This document shows positions 19,409 to 28,314 of a stretch of DNA of 64,000 nt, piece by piece. The position numbers were made by a program, and so were the translations under genes. Each line of letters opens with the position of its first letter. The stretch's first letter is position 1. The DNA lies in the NCBI GenBank assembly GCA_964558915.1, contig CAZLFV010000001.1, forward strand, positions 6,313 to 70,312. The letters are read 5' to 3'. Origin of the DNA: an uncultured Eubacteriales bacterium. Its GTDB lineage: Bacteria > Acidobacteriota > Aminicenantia > Aminicenantales > UBA8522. The notes below the pieces were generated by a model, which saw only the letters and a program-made list of their open reading frames with translations, was not told the origin of the DNA and made no database searches.

Positions 19409-20344
19409 TCAGACGTATCCTTTGATGGGCAGCCGGCGGGGAAGAATTTCGAATGTGGCCGGAAGACGCCCCAACTGCTCACCGTCGAGCTCCAAAAGCA
19501 CGTCTCCTTCTTCTAAACCGACGGCTTCTATCCGCCGGCATGAAATCAACCTGATTTTGGGATGGGCAAGGTGCGTCCCCAGAAAGATCTTCCAGCCATG
19601 GCGGCAGAATTCCAGAAATTTCATCCCTTTGACCAGGACAAAATCGAACAGGCCGTCGTCGAGCTGCGCTGTGGGTGCCACCTTCATCCCTTTACCGAAT
19701 ATTCTACCGTTGGCCACTGCGCCCACAAGGTATTCTGCTTCCGGAATTTCTTTGCCATCAACACGGATTCGGAGGCGTTTGCTTTTATAGTTAACCATGG
19801 CAGAAACGAGACAGCGCACGTAGGAGGATGCTTTTCTCTGGAGCCTGTTTTGGTTGACCCGTTTCACCACTTCACCGCCAAGGCCAAAGTCGGCCACGTT
19901 CAGGAAAAATCGCTCGGATTCTTTCCCGTTGTGGTCCTGAAACGTCACTCTCCCGACGTCGATCAGGGAAGAGGGCGCCTGGGTGATGACCTGAAGGGCG
20001 TCTTTGAGTCGTCGGGGGATTTTCAGGCTCTTGGTCAGGTCTGAGCCTGTCCCGGAAGGGAGGACGCCGAGCGTCGTTTCAGGATTGATGATTTCTCTGC
20101 CCTCGAAAAAACCGTTGGCGATCTCATTCATCGTCCCGTCGCCGCCGACTCCGATGATAAGTTCAGAGCCGGCCTTGATCGCTTCCCGGGCAAGGTCAAT
20201 GGCCTGGAAGGGCTTTTCTGTGAATTCGTAGGCGAACTCGTGGATATAAGTCTTGATCGCCTCTTTGATCTGTTTCCAGCGTTTCCGCGTTTTTCCCTGG
20301 TTAGACTCCGGGTTGACGATCACCTGGGCCTTGAGGCGTTTCAT
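19409..20344 (-). CDS. Diacylglycerol/lipid kinase family protein (YegS/BmrU type)
   Basis: 311 aa. NPESNQGK and GVGGDGTMNE signature. Confidence 0.85.
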   Translation of the reverse strand: MKRLKAQVIVNPESNQGKTRKRWKQIKEAIKTYIHEFAYEFTEKPFQAIDLAREAIKAGSELIIGVGGDGTMNEIANGFFEGREIINPETTLGVLPSGTGSDLTKSLKIPRRLKDALQVITQAPSSLIDVGRVTFQDHNGKESERFFLNVADFGLGGEVVKRVNQNRLQRKASSYVRCLVSAMVNYKSKRLRIRVDGKEIPEAEYLVGAVANGRIFGKGMKVAPTAQLDDGLFDFVLVKGMKFLEFCRHGWKIFLGTHLAHPKIRLISCRRIEAVGLEEGDVLLELDGEQLGRLPATFEILPRRLPIKGYV

Positions 20345-20831
20345 CTTTCGTTCCTTGAACGGGCAGGGGTTTTTTCTTGCCGAAAAGAGACGCTCCGATC
20401 ACTCCGCCCAACGCGCCGAAGACTGCGAAGACCGCCATGGAAATCACCAGACTCAGCATAAACCAGGCCGGAGAGATTCCCCCCTTTCCCATTTCCAGCC
20501 ATTTTTCCCAGCCCGAAGGCATATCTTCCGTGAACTGGGAGAACTGTTCCATGAACCTTTGGAGGAACTGTTGATTCAAGGCCTGAAAAGGGAGGCTGAC
20601 AACGGAATCGACGACTGCGCCAATGATGCCCGCAAATATGCCGACAATAGCCCCGTCCCCGGATGTCAGGGAGACTGTTGAGTTTCTGGCCAGAAGGTAA
20701 GAGGCCAACATGGCTCCTCCGATAATCCAGAGGCAGCAAAGACAATTGACTAACGGAATCGCCATGAGCACTCCTGCCACTCCACCGCCGACGAGAGCCG
20801 GAATGAACATCCCTCTAGGCTGATTGCTCAT
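20301..20831 (-). CDS. Hypothetical integral membrane protein
   Basis: 176 aa, several hydrophobic segments. GGAGG SD 4 nt upstream of the ATG. No family recognised. Confidence 0.55.
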   Translation of the reverse strand: MSNQPRGMFIPALVGGGVAGVLMAIPLVNCLCCLWIIGGAMLASYLLARNSTVSLTSGDGAIVGIFAGIIGAVVDSVVSLPFQALNQQFLQRFMEQFSQFTEDMPSGWEKWLEMGKGGISPAWFMLSLVISMAVFAVFGALGGVIGASLFGKKKPLPVQGTKDETPQGPGDRQPGV

Positions 20832-20893
20832 CGTTCCTCCTCATTGATCGGATTGTCCTTATTCTAAGGGGATTGAGTTTTCGATTTCAAGGT

Positions 20894-21376
20894 TTATTTT
20901 CCTTCCGAACCCTTCTTTCCGATATTCTGCAATAGGTCGGCCAACCCGGTAATAAAATAAAAGGGCAACAGGGACCCCCAGAGCAATCCGATGCCAAACC
21001 TGGCGGCGTTGGACGTCTCCCATAGCCCGATCAGGTTGCCCAGCGTGTCTGTTACGATGGGAAAAGAAATCAGCATAAAGATGCTTGTCCTGGGCAAAGA
21101 AGCTTCATCAAATCCTCTCAGGAAGGGGTAAAGACTGACTCCGATGAAAAAACCTGCATAAATACCGAGACAGCGAGCGCAGACAGCCAGCGGCTGTCCA
21201 AAAATATGGAAAGACCGCGAGGAAAGCTGATGACAAACAGGAGAGAAGACTGAATAGACAAGCCTAGCTCCGGGGCGGGAATGACTCCGCAAATAGGGCG
21301 CCCAGAAAATAGCCGCAAGCCATGCACCGATCCCAATTGCGGTTAAAACATAAGTCAAAATGATGCGTTTGTTCAT
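20894..21376 (-). CDS. DUF2085-like membrane protein
   Basis: Start trimmed to ATG 21376 (MNKRIILTY...). CHQLSSRSFHIFGQPLAVCARCLGIY resembles the DUF2085 Cys motif. Confidence 0.6.
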   Translation of the reverse strand: MNKRIILTYVLTAIGIGAWLAAIFWAPYLRSHSRPGARLVYSVFSPVCHQLSSRSFHIFGQPLAVCARCLGIYAGFFIGVSLYPFLRGFDEASLPRTSIFMLISFPIVTDTLGNLIGLWETSNAARFGIGLLWGSLLPFYFITGLADLLQNIGKKGSEGK

Positions 21377-21395
21377 TCTTCCAGGCACGGCATTT

Positions 21396-22553
21396 TCACG
21401 CGTGGCCCCTGACCCGGAGATAGGCCAGAAACCCAATGAGGACCAGAAAATTGACCGTGATAACCGACCAAGACATGAAGCGAGCATAAGGCTCTCTTCC
21501 CATGAGGTCAAATAATGAGAGGGCGATGACCGCGAAATTCAGACATAGAATGGCCTTCCAAAAGGAGCTGTATTTATCGAAATGGGAGAGGACAAGCATG
21601 ACGGCCGGAGCCGAGGAGAGAAGTGTATAGTCCCAACCCAGGGGCGAGATGAGGGGAATGAGGCTCAAGAGCAGGAAGCCATCCAGGACCCCGGGTTCTG
21701 GGGTTTTGGCTTTCCGGAGAATAAGAACAAGAACCAGCCCCGCCAGGACGGCTAGCGAGATGAGATAAAAGGCCAGAGACAGGTTTTGCCGGCTTGTCCA
21801 TTTGGTGAAGAAACCGACGAGAGAGATGTTGTCCTGGCTGGAGAAAAGAGATGGAGTCGAGGCGCGAAGCGAAGACTGCCATTCCCAGAGCACCTTGAAA
21901 TTTCCCCTGAGGCCATAGAACATTGAGGGCGCCAGGACAGCCAAACCCAGGACAATGATTCCTGCTCCGAGGGTCAAATACTTTTTTCGGATGATGAAAT
22001 ATGGAAAAAAGATGGCCGCGTAGGGCTTGAGTGCAGTGGACAAGCCGAGAAATATTCCCGAACCGGCCTGCCGGCGAGCGAGGCTTTTTCCTTGGATAAG
22101 CAGCGACATCATCAGGAGGAGCAGGAAAGTGATCAGGGCATTGATCTGCCCGAGCTGGACCTCCCTGAAGAGATATCTGGCTAAGATCAAGAATGAAAGG
22201 AAGCCGATGGTCAATGATTTCCTTTTATCGAGATGGAGGAGTTTTAAGGCGAGGAAAAAGATTAGGGCCAGGGAAACCAAGACGATCCCATACCATATTC
22301 CTTTGGCAGCAGATAGGGGAAGCAGGCTCAGCGGCAGGTAGAGAAAAGCGGAGAAGGGCAGATACTTGAATTGATAGTGTCCGTCAGAGGCACGATAAAG
22401 AGTCTCCCCGAGCCGGAGCCGCTGGGCTGCCTGATAATTCACCTCAAAATCGAGCATCTCATTTTTCACCCGGAGGAGAAAAATCAGGCATAAGGAGACG
22501 AGAAGAAGCAACAGGATAAGCGCGCTGGACGAGCGAATAGCCATGGTCTTCAA
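21396..22553 (-). CDS. Polytopic membrane glycosyltransferase-like protein (GT87/DUF2029-like)
   Basis: 385 aa with about 10 hydrophobic segments. Overall look of GT-C type mannosyltransferase-like proteins. Assignment by resemblance only. Confidence 0.5.
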   Translation of the reverse strand: MKTMAIRSSSALILLLLLVSLCLIFLLRVKNEMLDFEVNYQAAQRLRLGETLYRASDGHYQFKYLPFSAFLYLPLSLLPLSAAKGIWYGIVLVSLALIFFLALKLLHLDKRKSLTIGFLSFLILARYLFREVQLGQINALITFLLLLMMSLLIQGKSLARRQAGSGIFLGLSTALKPYAAIFFPYFIIRKKYLTLGAGIIVLGLAVLAPSMFYGLRGNFKVLWEWQSSLRASTPSLFSSQDNISLVGFFTKWTSRQNLSLAFYLISLAVLAGLVLVLILRKAKTPEPGVLDGFLLLSLIPLISPLGWDYTLLSSAPAVMLVLSHFDKYSSFWKAILCLNFAVIALSLFDLMGREPYARFMSWSVITVNFLVLIGFLAYLRVRGHA

Positions 22554-22678
22554 GGCTAACCGAGACCTGGCTTTTTGTCAATCTGCCCTGTCAGCCAGAG
22601 ATTTTTTCATTAAGGATTTGACAGATCATAAAGCAACGTGTAAATTTGTCTCATCATGCCTTTATAGGAGGACGGAGA

Positions 22679-24508
22679 ATGACCACGTATCATCGGGCCA
22701 TCGGTCTTCTCATTGTGTTCCTTGTCACCGGAACATACATTTATTCTCAAACGGAAGATGCCGCCAGGCTCTTTGACCAGAATAAAGAAGCCGTGCTCTC
22801 ACTCCATGTTTATGGGGGAAACAAAGAGCTCATCGCCAAAGGCGTCGGCTTCGGCCTGAGCGAGGATGTCATTGCCACGTGCTACCATCTCGTCAGCGAG
22901 GCGGGAGAAGTGGAAGCCACGACTTACAAAGGGAAGAAATTAAGGGTCGACGGTATAATCGCGGTGGATAAGAACTCTGACGTAGCCTTGCTCAGGATTA
23001 AGGGCAAAGTGCCCATCCTCCCGCTGGGAAATTCCGATGCGCTGAAGCAGGCAGACAGGATTTTTGCCCTCGGAGCCAACGAGTCAGGAGAGATCATGGT
23101 GTCTGAGGGAACAGTGAGAAACGTTGCCAAAATCTCCGAGACTCTCTCCATCATTGAGCCGTCTCTTGCTGTCCCTGACGGGTTCGCAGGAGGGCCGTTA
23201 CTCATGCTGGATGGGCAGACCGCGGGCCTTACGCTCATCCTTGAGAAGGTGGCCAGGGTCGGAATACCGGCAAACCTGTGGAAAAATCTGCCCAGGTTGG
23301 CCAAGGCGACGCCATTCAAAGACTGGGCCAAGGAAGATTATTTTACGACTTTCGAAGGCGCCTTTCTGGCCGGACGCATTTTTAGCCTGATCGACGACCA
23401 GGGGAATGCCAAGAAATATCTGGAAAGGGTGATCAAGCTCAACCCGTCCACCACTGAGGCTTATGCCCTTCTGGCCTCCGTATATTCTCAACAGAGGGAC
23501 TATTCCTCGGCCATAACTGCCTTTAATAAAGTGGTCCAACTCGACCCGAGTCGAGCCACGGCTTATTTTGGATTGGGAGAGAATTATGCCCGGATGCAGC
23601 GCTGGAGCGATGCGGTAGCAGCGCTGGAAAGGGGCGTTTCCATAAACAGCGCCAACAAGGAGGCCTATTTTGCCATCGGCAACGCCTACGAAGAGTTGCG
23701 CAATTTCACCGAAGCGGCGGAGGCCTATGAAAAATATATCAACGCGAAACCTGAAATCACCTGGACAGGTTATCTGCGTTTGGGCAGTTGCCGGATGGAG
23801 CTGGGGGAGTATGACAAAGCTGTTGCTGCTTTTGAGGAGGCTCAGAAAGGTCAGCCCAAAGACATCAATGTGAACTACAAGTTGGCCCAGGCTTATGAGA
23901 AGATGGGCCAGCTAGAGAAGGCGCAAGCCACGTATGAAAACCTCGCCGTCCTCAACCCGTCGGAAGCCGCAACCTATTATGGGCGGATCGTCATCATGTA
24001 CGACAGTGCCGGCCGCTATGAAAATGCGATAGCTGCCTCCAAGAAAGTGATCGAGCTCAACCCGAAAAGCGAGATCGCGGTCTACAATTTGGGGATCATG
24101 TATCTGAAGCTCGACAGATGCGATGAAGCCATCGCGACGTTCAAGGAGGCTTTAGCCATCAGGGCGGATTACGACTATGCTTATTATAATATCGGGATCT
24201 GTTACTCCAAGCAGAAAAAATGGAAAGACGCCGTCGCCGCTTTTAAGAATTTTGTCGCGCTGGTCCCCGATAACTCGGACGCATGGCTGAACATTGGCAT
24301 CGGTTACATGCAGCTGAAAGACTTCGAATCGGCTCTCGAGCCTCTCAAGAAATGCGTTGATTTGAGGCCGGATTACGGGGTGGCCCTGTTTAACCTGGCC
24401 ATCGTCTACCTGAACCTCAAAGATAACCTGAGCGCGCGCGACGTTTACCGAACCCTTGTCGCCGTAGACCCAGCGCTGGCGGAAAGACTGAAAAAATATC
24501 TGAGATAA
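22679..24508 (+). CDS. Secreted trypsin-like serine protease domain fused to a long TPR array
   Basis: ATG 22679 after AGGAGG. Signal anchor. The N-domain resembles the S1C fold (ATCYHLV, DVALLRI, GFAGGPL). More than 8 TPR repeats follow. Confidence 0.75.
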   Translation: MTTYHRAIGLLIVFLVTGTYIYSQTEDAARLFDQNKEAVLSLHVYGGNKELIAKGVGFGLSEDVIATCYHLVSEAGEVEATTYKGKKLRVDGIIAVDKNSDVALLRIKGKVPILPLGNSDALKQADRIFALGANESGEIMVSEGTVRNVAKISETLSIIEPSLAVPDGFAGGPLLMLDGQTAGLTLILEKVARVGIPANLWKNLPRLAKATPFKDWAKEDYFTTFEGAFLAGRIFSLIDDQGNAKKYLERVIKLNPSTTEAYALLASVYSQQRDYSSAITAFNKVVQLDPSRATAYFGLGENYARMQRWSDAVAALERGVSINSANKEAYFAIGNAYEELRNFTEAAEAYEKYINAKPEITWTGYLRLGSCRMELGEYDKAVAAFEEAQKGQPKDINVNYKLAQAYEKMGQLEKAQATYENLAVLNPSEAATYYGRIVIMYDSAGRYENAIAASKKVIELNPKSEIAVYNLGIMYLKLDRCDEAIATFKEALAIRADYDYAYYNIGICYSKQKKWKDAVAAFKNFVALVPDNSDAWLNIGIGYMQLKDFESALEPLKKCVDLRPDYGVALFNLAIVYLNLKDNLSARDVYRTLVAVDPALAERLKKYLR

Positions 24509-24699
24509 ACGATTTCCGCTTGGTTATCATTTTGCTGTCGAAGGGGGGTTGTCGGCGCTTGGACAGACTTAGTTTGACTATAGACGGCTCCTTAGTTTAC
24601 CATCGCTACCGAAATGATGAAACCGACACTAAAAATGTTCCCGTGCCTCCACCTTGATGGATTCGATCTTGGTGAGTGTAAAATTTAAGAGGCAATAAA

Positions 24700-24807
24700 A
24701 TGAAATCACAAAAACTGAACTTGGTTTTCGTAATCATGTCATCCTTCATTGGATTTATAATTTTCTCTGCGTGTACGCACTTGAACATTGAACAATTGAG
24801 TGAATGA
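24700..24807 (+). CDS. Possible 35-aa lipoprotein-like peptide in AT-rich islet
   Basis: AAGAGG SD 7 nt upstream. MKSQKLNLVFVIMSSFIGFIIFSAC... has a signal sequence ending in a lipobox-like FSAC. Too short to be sure. Confidence 0.3.
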   Translation: MKSQKLNLVFVIMSSFIGFIIFSACTHLNIEQLSE

Positions 24808-24876
24808 GGCAGAGCCATAATTTGCAGGATGGGAAGTTTTTTAGAGTTAACTAAAACTTTTAAAAGGAGGCACAAA

Positions 24877-26427
24877 ATGAAACGAATAATAAAAATTTCG
24901 TATGGAAGTATTTTGCTTATAAGTATGTACTTATGTACTTCGTCATTTTTATTTGTACAGGATTATGACAGCGAACCTTGCTGTAATAGAGACATTGGTA
25001 CACCAAGAGTTCAAATGCCATCTGACCAGTATACTGACTGGGGTGGGTTTATGGAGGTTAGTTCTGAGCAATATTTCTTCGAACCATCTGTTATAGAAAA
25101 CCTTTGGGATGAATGCCCCATAGAAATAACTTTTAAGAACATTGATGCCCTTATGGATTGGTATAATCTTATCAATAAAATTGATACGATTTACTATAAG
25201 AAAGTAGATCCGCTTCAAATAGAGTCACAAAAAAAATTAGAGGAATTAGATTATCTAATTATTGGCACTATTATCCCAGAGAAAATAATTGGCAAAACAA
25301 AAATATGGTGCGAAGAGGGTTATGAACCTGGATCGGAAGTTTGCTGGGGAGGTAACCTGATTGGGAGTTTTCGCTTTAAATGGGAATTAGTGGATAATCA
25401 TCACAATAAAGCGGTCGTCACTACTCTGGAAACACGGTGGGATGGGGAAATCCATGACTATATGGGTTATCTAAACCCGAATGATAAAAAAACATATTTT
25501 GATAAAATAACAGAGATGACAAAATCCGTGGCGAATCTCGATGAGATTATTTATGATTATGAACAGATGCCATTAAAGTGCAAAATAAAATTAGAGGATG
25601 GCCGTGATTATGTTGAGAATGGCGAGACGATTAAAATCAATTTAGCTGAAATTAACGATTTTAAAGGAAGAACAGCCAAAGAGTGGCAATATTTAATGGT
25701 GAAGGTTGATAAAGGGAAAATAACTAATGGAAAACCTTGCAGAGATTGTGGAAGAGGAGAAGAAGAATACAAGATATTTGAAGTTGGAAATGGAAATGTA
25801 GAGATCAATTATAAAGCTCCGGATGAATGTAAGAATCAAAAAGAAAAGATTTTTATTTATAACACCTGCGAACACAGGGTATATCAAGCTGGATATATTG
25901 ATTCATTCAATCCTAAAAAGGAAATAGCCAACAAAGAATTTGACATTGTATGTGCACGTGGTTACATCGAATATAACCACACTGTTAAAATTGGTTATAG
26001 TTCGTTTAGTCAAAATATGTCATTCAACGGATCTGTGCCTTTCCGGATAAAACAACCATCTAAAGGCAGTAAAGATAAACCAAAAATTGAAGGTTCGGGC
26101 GATGTTAATTTCTCTGTGAACGGGGAGGCAGACAAATGTACCTGGAGTGGTAACTCTCCAATTCATGTTCAATTGGAAGGTGAAATATTAATTGAAAATG
26201 AAGGACCATATATTGAATTAAAATTCAATGAAAAGGTTCCTAATATCTGGCCAGTTACTCAATTATGTCCTGATAAAAAACCAGAAAAGATAATGATGCC
26301 TGTGATGATACCAGCTCAATATGATAAGATGAAATTTAAATTTGAAGATGGATTTTCTATAACAAAACCTTTTCAAGGTATGGGTGGCAGTGGCACATAT
26401 AGTTGGACTTTACATTTGGGCAAGTAA
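24877..26427 (+). CDS. Orphan secreted protein (516 aa) encoded in AT-rich islet
   Basis: GGAGG SD then ATG 24877. N-terminal signal sequence (ILLISMYLCTSSFLF). Lys/Asn/Ile-rich with scattered Cys. No motif I recognise. Confidence 0.7.
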   Translation: MKRIIKISYGSILLISMYLCTSSFLFVQDYDSEPCCNRDIGTPRVQMPSDQYTDWGGFMEVSSEQYFFEPSVIENLWDECPIEITFKNIDALMDWYNLINKIDTIYYKKVDPLQIESQKKLEELDYLIIGTIIPEKIIGKTKIWCEEGYEPGSEVCWGGNLIGSFRFKWELVDNHHNKAVVTTLETRWDGEIHDYMGYLNPNDKKTYFDKITEMTKSVANLDEIIYDYEQMPLKCKIKLEDGRDYVENGETIKINLAEINDFKGRTAKEWQYLMVKVDKGKITNGKPCRDCGRGEEEYKIFEVGNGNVEINYKAPDECKNQKEKIFIYNTCEHRVYQAGYIDSFNPKKEIANKEFDIVCARGYIEYNHTVKIGYSSFSQNMSFNGSVPFRIKQPSKGSKDKPKIEGSGDVNFSVNGEADKCTWSGNSPIHVQLEGEILIENEGPYIELKFNEKVPNIWPVTQLCPDKKPEKIMMPVMIPAQYDKMKFKFEDGFSITKPFQGMGGSGTYSWTLHLGK

Positions 26428-26686
26428 GAATTATTAATGTTGAGACTGCAAAGAAAAACCATCTGATACATAGACTGTAAGAATCAACAGGGAGGTGTTG
26501 TCGAATCAACTGCTCTATTTTTTATCAAATAAATCAGACAGATGTATTAAACAAAATTATGGCCATTATTGGCGTATCGCTCTGTTTGACAGCAGGCCTC
26601 GACATGTGGTAAAAAAGAATCTATCCCTGCACCGGAAGAGGTGCTCTATCCATCGTCAGCGGGCCATATATTTATCAATCCTGTAC

Positions 26687-26771
26687 GGGCAGGTGGCGGA
26701 ATAGGCAGACGCGCTAGGCTTAGGACCTAGTTCCTGATGAAGGAGTGCGGGTTCGACTCCCGCTCTGCCCA
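26687..26771 (+). tRNA. tRNA-Leu (anticodon UAG), type II with long variable arm
   Basis: Hand-folded. Acceptor GGGCAGG/TCTGCCC (one G-U pair), 3-bp D stem, anticodon stem CTAGG/CCTAG with loop CTTAGGA, 16-nt variable arm, T arm GCGGG-TTCGACT-CCCGC, discriminator A. CCA not encoded. Confidence 0.9.
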
Positions 26772-26839
26772 CATCCCTTTTGCGCCCCGTGGAGATGATG
26801 GCTTGACGGACTTTTTGCCCCGAGGCGAGGAAAACTGAA

Positions 26840-28117
26840 ATGAGTGAAAACGAGCAGAGAATTAAGGCCAAAATTGCCAGCCCCAGTTCCAGCAAACGAG
26901 AGTTAGAAATCGAGGTCCCGGCCGAGGAGGCCGCTGAAGAGTTCGAAAAAACTCTGGCCGATTTCGCCTCGCGGGTCCGTCTCGACGGATTTCGACGGGG
27001 CAAAGCTCCCCGGGATATGGTTAAACGTCTATTTTACTCGGACATCAAGAACTCGGTCATCGAAAGCCTTGCCCCCAGGGCCCTGAAAGACAGCCTGAAG
27101 GCAGAGAATATCAACCCCATTGCAACGCCGTTGATCAGTGAGATCTCCTACCAGGAAGGCCAGCCTTTTCGGTTCAAGGCGACGGTGGAAGTTTTGCCCG
27201 ATTTCGAGCTTCCTCCTTACAAGAAAATACGAGTCAAGAAGAGAGAGGTCGTGGTCGAGACCGATGAAGTCGATCGTTCCCTAGAGGAACTCCGGCAAAA
27301 ATCGGCCGAATACATTCCTGTCGAGGGGAGGGGAGTGGCGGATGGGGATTATGTTGTCCTGGAGTGGAAGGGCAAAGAAGTCAAGACCAAAAAAATGCTG
27401 CCGACAGAAAAGACTTTGGTCCTGGCGGGACATCCAGACAACGAACGGCCGCTGAATGAGAACCTGATCGGCCTCAAGCCTCAAGAGTCGCGGAGTTTTG
27501 CGATTTCTTGCCCTCCGGATCATCGTCAGAAAAAAATAGCCGGCAAGACCATCGAGTATGAAATCAAGGTCATATCCATAAAAGAGAAGAAAGTTCCCGA
27601 ATTGAGCGACGATTGGGCCAAAGACCTGGGTGAAGCGGAGAATTTTGCGGACCTGCGCGCGAAAGTGCGGCAGGAACTCGTTAAAATCAAGGAGGATGTC
27701 GCTCGTCGGGAAATGGGCGATGAAGTCATCAGGACGCTCTCCGATATGCTCAACGTTGAGCTCCCCGAGGTTTTGGTCGAGGAGGAAGCCGCGGCTCTGG
27801 TGAGAAGCCGGGTCCAAGCCGCGCCCGAGACGCTAACGCCAGAACATCTTAAAGAACTCGGCCAGCGCGCTAGGGCCCAGGCTGAACAGACGGTTAAAAA
27901 CAGCCTTCTTCTTGATAAAATCGCCGCCGCAGAAAAATTGGATGTGACTGACGAAGAAGTGATGGGAGAAATAAAAATCCTGGCCCAGCGCAACAACATC
28001 CCCCTGGCCCAGGCTGTTGAAGGCATCAACCGCGAAGGAAAGAGGGACGACTTGAAGCACCGTCTGCTTCTTCGGAAAACCATTGACTTTTTGCTGGAGA
28101 ACGCGGTATTATATTAA
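26840..28117 (+). CDS. tig: Trigger factor
   Basis: 425 aa. N-terminal ribosome-binding GFRRGKAP motif, central PPIase-like domain, C-terminal helical arms. Confidence 0.95.
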   Translation: MSENEQRIKAKIASPSSSKRELEIEVPAEEAAEEFEKTLADFASRVRLDGFRRGKAPRDMVKRLFYSDIKNSVIESLAPRALKDSLKAENINPIATPLISEISYQEGQPFRFKATVEVLPDFELPPYKKIRVKKREVVVETDEVDRSLEELRQKSAEYIPVEGRGVADGDYVVLEWKGKEVKTKKMLPTEKTLVLAGHPDNERPLNENLIGLKPQESRSFAISCPPDHRQKKIAGKTIEYEIKVISIKEKKVPELSDDWAKDLGEAENFADLRAKVRQELVKIKEDVARREMGDEVIRTLSDMLNVELPEVLVEEEAAALVRSRVQAAPETLTPEHLKELGQRARAQAEQTVKNSLLLDKIAAAEKLDVTDEEVMGEIKILAQRNNIPLAQAVEGINREGKRDDLKHRLLLRKTIDFLLENAVLY

Positions 28118-28314
28118 TACTCCCGAGGCCCTTAATCCCCTTTGCTATTAAGCAAGCGGATAGGGGTAAAACGAGCGTGTGGCTCTGCCTCGCTTGCTTA
28201 TTTATAAGAATAGCCTGGTTAGGCCAAAGCACTTAAGCATGGATCTGGCGAAGTCAAAAAAAAGAATGATCGATGGAGTTTCGTCCGACTAAAAGAGAGC
28301 AGTAGGAGCATTTT

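Noticed and set aside
24509-26686. att-type direct repeat of tRNA-Leu at the far border of the AT-rich islet, or an integrase remnant
   Set aside because: I found no repeat of either tRNA end near 24.5-24.7 kb, only an 8-mer CTTAGTTT repeated at 24568 and 24592. No integrase-like ORF is present. The islet lies on the 5' side of the tRNA, which is atypical for tRNA-targeting islands.
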